Below the pieces are notes generated by a model. That model made no database searches, had not been told where the DNA came from, and saw only the letters and a program-made list of their open reading frames with translations. From Anaerohalosphaeraceae bacterium (GTDB lineage: Bacteria; Planctomycetota; Phycisphaerae; Sedimentisphaerales; Anaerohalosphaeraceae), in the NCBI GenBank assembly GCA_963675525.2, contig CAXXSL010000016.1, positions 192,001 through 256,000 of the forward strand: a DNA stretch of 64,000 bases, given 5' to 3'. How positions within the stretch are numbered: position 1 is the stretch's first letter; each line of letters starts with the position of its first letter. The position numbers were made by a program, and so were the translations under genes. Positions 61,512 to 64,000 of the stretch are shown one piece after another.

Positions 61512-62637
61512 CTACCCGGATTTCGCTTTATTATTTTTTTCCGCGCGATAACGAAGGTAGCTCTCGATAAAGTCTTCAATATCCCCATCCAGCACCGCCT
61601 GCACGTTGCCGCTCTGGTGGTCGGTGCGATGGTCCTTGATCATCTGGTACGGCTGCAAAACATAACTGCGTATCTGGTTGCCCCACGCGATCTCACCTTT
61701 GGCGCTGTACAGCTTGGCCAGTTCCGCGTCGCGCTTTTGCTGTTCGAGCATATACAATTTGCCCCGCAGCATCTTCATCGCCTCGGCCTTGTTCTTGTGC
61801 TGGCTGCGGTCATTCTGACACTGCACGACGATATTGGTTGGGATATGCGTGATCCGAACGGCCGAGCTGGTCTTGTTGACGTGCTGACCGCCCGCACCAC
61901 CGGCACGGTAATAATCGATCCGCAAATCGTCCTCGTCGATCTCAATCTCAATGTCATCCTCAAAGTCCGGCATCACATCCACCGCGGCAAAACTCGTATG
62001 CCGTCGGCTCTGCGAATCGAACGGACTGATGCGCACCAGCCGGTGCACGCCCGTTTCGCACGACAGTTTGCCAAACGCAAACGCCCCTTCCACCCGCAGC
62101 GTGATCGAACGAATGCCCGCCTCTTCGCCGGGCGTAATATCCAGCTCCTCAAACTTGTACTTATTGTCCTCAAAATACCGCGTGTACATGCGAAACAGCA
62201 TGTGTGCCCAGTCACAGCTTTCGGTGCCGCCCGCTCCGGCATGAATACTGAAAAAACACGGCCGCATATCATCCGGCCCGTTCAGCATCCCCGCCACCTC
62301 GATCTTATCGCACTGTTTTTCCAAATCCTCGAGATCCGCCTCGATAGACGCCAGGGTATCGGCGTCGTTTTCCTCAGCGGCTAATTCGAAAAGATCGGCC
62401 ATGTCTTTGACCGCCTGCCCGACCTCTAAAACGGGGCCAATGACCGACTTAACCGCGCTGAGCTGGGTCACGACCTTCTGGGCCGCCTCCGGAATATCCC
62501 AAAACCCCGGCCGGGACATTTGTTCTTCGAGTTGACTGCGTAGGGTGATCTTTGATGGCAGGTCAAAGCCAGTCCCGGACCTGCAATATCCGGGCCTCAA
62601 GCGACTGTACCGATGTGCGTATTTCCGCGATTTCCAT
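61512..62637 (-). CDS. prfB: Peptide chain release factor 2 (programmed +1 frameshift)
   Basis: ATG 62637 MEIAEIRTSVQSLEARILQVRDWL then CTT TGA C; +1 frame has HAGAGGTE, ISPF, GAGGQHVN. Confidence 0.96.
62562..62568 (-). promoter_or_regulatory. prfB +1 ribosomal frameshift site CTT-TGA-C
   Basis: Plus strand gtcaaag at 62562-62568; codon 24 CTT followed by in-frame TGA. Confidence 0.95.
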
Positions 62638-63033
62638 GATGTCTTTCTATCCAATCCTTACTTATTCGGCGTTGCCATTCCCGCGAATGGCGCCGAATCC
62701 AGTGTTACTAATTGAAAGAGCCTTTTATATCAAAACTGCCGGAATTTGCAAGAAATTATGAAAGAAAAGCCGTCGTATCGGATCCCGCTAGTCGACATTT
62801 CCCCAAAGATCCAACCGCACCCACACGGTTATGCATGAATCGGCTTTCATCTCCCTTATCTCATATTATTCCCACTGAAACGGTAAAAAATGTCCATTAT
62901 AGATATTCTCTGTTTTTTATTAGACATAAAGAGAAAATATCCTATAATAATGATAGGTTTTCCGACAGTGTAGTCGGGGAAGGTTACTGAAAAATGTCAG
63001 ATTATTGGTAAGGAGATTAGCAATGAAAACCTG

Positions 63034-63411
63034 ATGAAACTTTCCATCGTGTTCTTGCTCATCGGCTCTTTCGTGGGACTGGCCTGGGCAAACAAAGCCC
63101 ACAAAGACTACGGCGGTACCACCGATTTTTGCATCATGATATCTCCCAACACCATCGTGCTCAGCGGCCCTTGTGATGTGATTAGCGTGCACAGCAACAT
63201 TCCCTACGGCATGGTTGACACATCATCGGCCATCACCCTCAATGGTGTCGATCCGATTTCCATCGGGGCTGACGACTGCGGCGACCTGGTCGTCAAGGTC
63301 CTCATCGATGACCTCGATCTTGAAGCCGGCCAGGTGACACTGACCCTCAGCGGCTTACTCATCGACGGCACGGACTTCGCAGGAGACGAAACCATTACCG
63401 TCAAAGAATAA
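63034..63411 (+). CDS. Small secreted beta-rich (Ig-like) protein
   Basis: Signal peptide; ISPNTIVL...LNGV...GDLVVK...LTLSGLLIDGTDFAGDETITV. Confidence 0.75.
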   Translation: MKLSIVFLLIGSFVGLAWANKAHKDYGGTTDFCIMISPNTIVLSGPCDVISVHSNIPYGMVDTSSAITLNGVDPISIGADDCGDLVVKVLIDDLDLEAGQVTLTLSGLLIDGTDFAGDETITVKE

Positions 63412-63431
63412 GTTCGATCAGAAAATACAAA

Positions 63432-63465
63432 CCTGTCCCCCCTCGCCCCACGCCGGGGGGACAGG
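63432..63465. terminator. GC-rich hairpin between convergent genes
   Basis: CCTGTCCCCCC-12 nt-GGGGGGACAGG (11-bp perfect stem); T-rich tail only on the minus strand. Confidence 0.6.
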
Positions 63466-63663
63466 GTCTATCAAATCCGAAACAGCGAAGCACTTTTGAG
63501 GATTTCACCCCATGGGTCTGTGAGACCCTTTGAACAGAAAAATCCCACAAAACCCAAAAACAAAAGCCCGAAATATTGTCATCTTCGCGAATGCACCGAA
63601 TCCAGACTTAGTGATTGGTTGTAATCTTAACACTGAACTACGAACCAATTATTTTCTTCAGTC

Positions 63664-64000
63664 TCAGTCATGAAATCCAGACCATAGAGTGTAAATCTGT
63701 GATTCAGGCTTAGAGTATTCTATCCTGTTTTTTGTTCTCACCTTAAATGGGGTTTTTCTTCCGGAAGAATTAATAAAGAATCCTTCAAATTCAATACTGC
63801 AAGTCTTAGCTTCTCCAATTATATTTGAAAGTTTAGCATTCAATAGCATGCTCGTATGCCAATCTATGAATTCTCTACTCCAGTTTATACTATGCTTATT
63901 TTTTCTGCCTCCACTATATTCGACAGTCACTGTCTCAATATTGATTCCACTAGTATTCTTAGTTTCATCACGGAGAAGCATTTCAATTGTATAAGGTGGT
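63664..64000 (-). CDS. Hypothetical protein, 5' partial
   Basis: Frame stays open upstream of ATG 63981 to the window edge; AT-rich; no family recognised. Confidence 0.55.
   Translation of the reverse strand, partial: PPYTIEMLLRDETKNTSGINIETVTVEYSGGRKNKHSINWSREFIDWHTSMLLNAKLSNIIGEAKTCSIEFEGFFINSSGRKTPFKVRTKNRIEYSKPESQIYTLWSGFHD

Noticed and set aside
61380..62384. 334-aa plus-strand ORF
   Set aside because: Antisense shadow of prfB; no recognisable family.
62569..62654. N-terminus MDRKTSWK... of the 380-aa RF2 ORF
   Set aside because: Artefact of the +1 frameshift; the real N-terminus starts at ATG 62637 in another frame.

Overview
Bacterial chromosomal window, probably an anaerobic planctomycete (Phycisphaerae/Sedimentisphaerales-like). 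This is inferred from DUF1559 prepilin-like genes, an ECF/anti-sigma pair and secreted proteins with single dockerin-like tails. 1-5.2 kb: partial secreted LamG/beta-helix gene, a DUF1559 remnant, then DUF1559-ECF sigma-anti-sigma. About 6.8-51.4 kb: a large, mostly minus-strand surface-polysaccharide locus (ugd, galU, UDP-GlcA epimerase, gmd, fkp, fcl, WbpA/DegT-like enzymes, Wzx, Wzy/ligase, GTs, LicD/TagD-like, acyltransferases, two initiating transferases). Two things stand out in it. (i) A tightly coupled cassette of PLP decarboxylase, GNAT, a complete radical 2-hydroxyacyl dehydratase (two subunits plus ATP-dependent activator), FkbH, ACP and GNAT, suggesting ACP-tethered anaerobic radical synthesis of an acyl group for a glycan. 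(ii) A plant-type glucuronokinase between ugd and galU, mirrored by fkp between gmd and fcl, i.e. paired de novo and salvage routes. 51.7-64 kb: tandem PTPS-folE, PL10 pectate lyase, GH35-like, GH27, pepA, sulfatase, prfB with its +1 frameshift and a small secreted protein. No rRNA, tRNA, CRISPR, transposase or RT was recognised. All family calls are from motif reading, not database searches.
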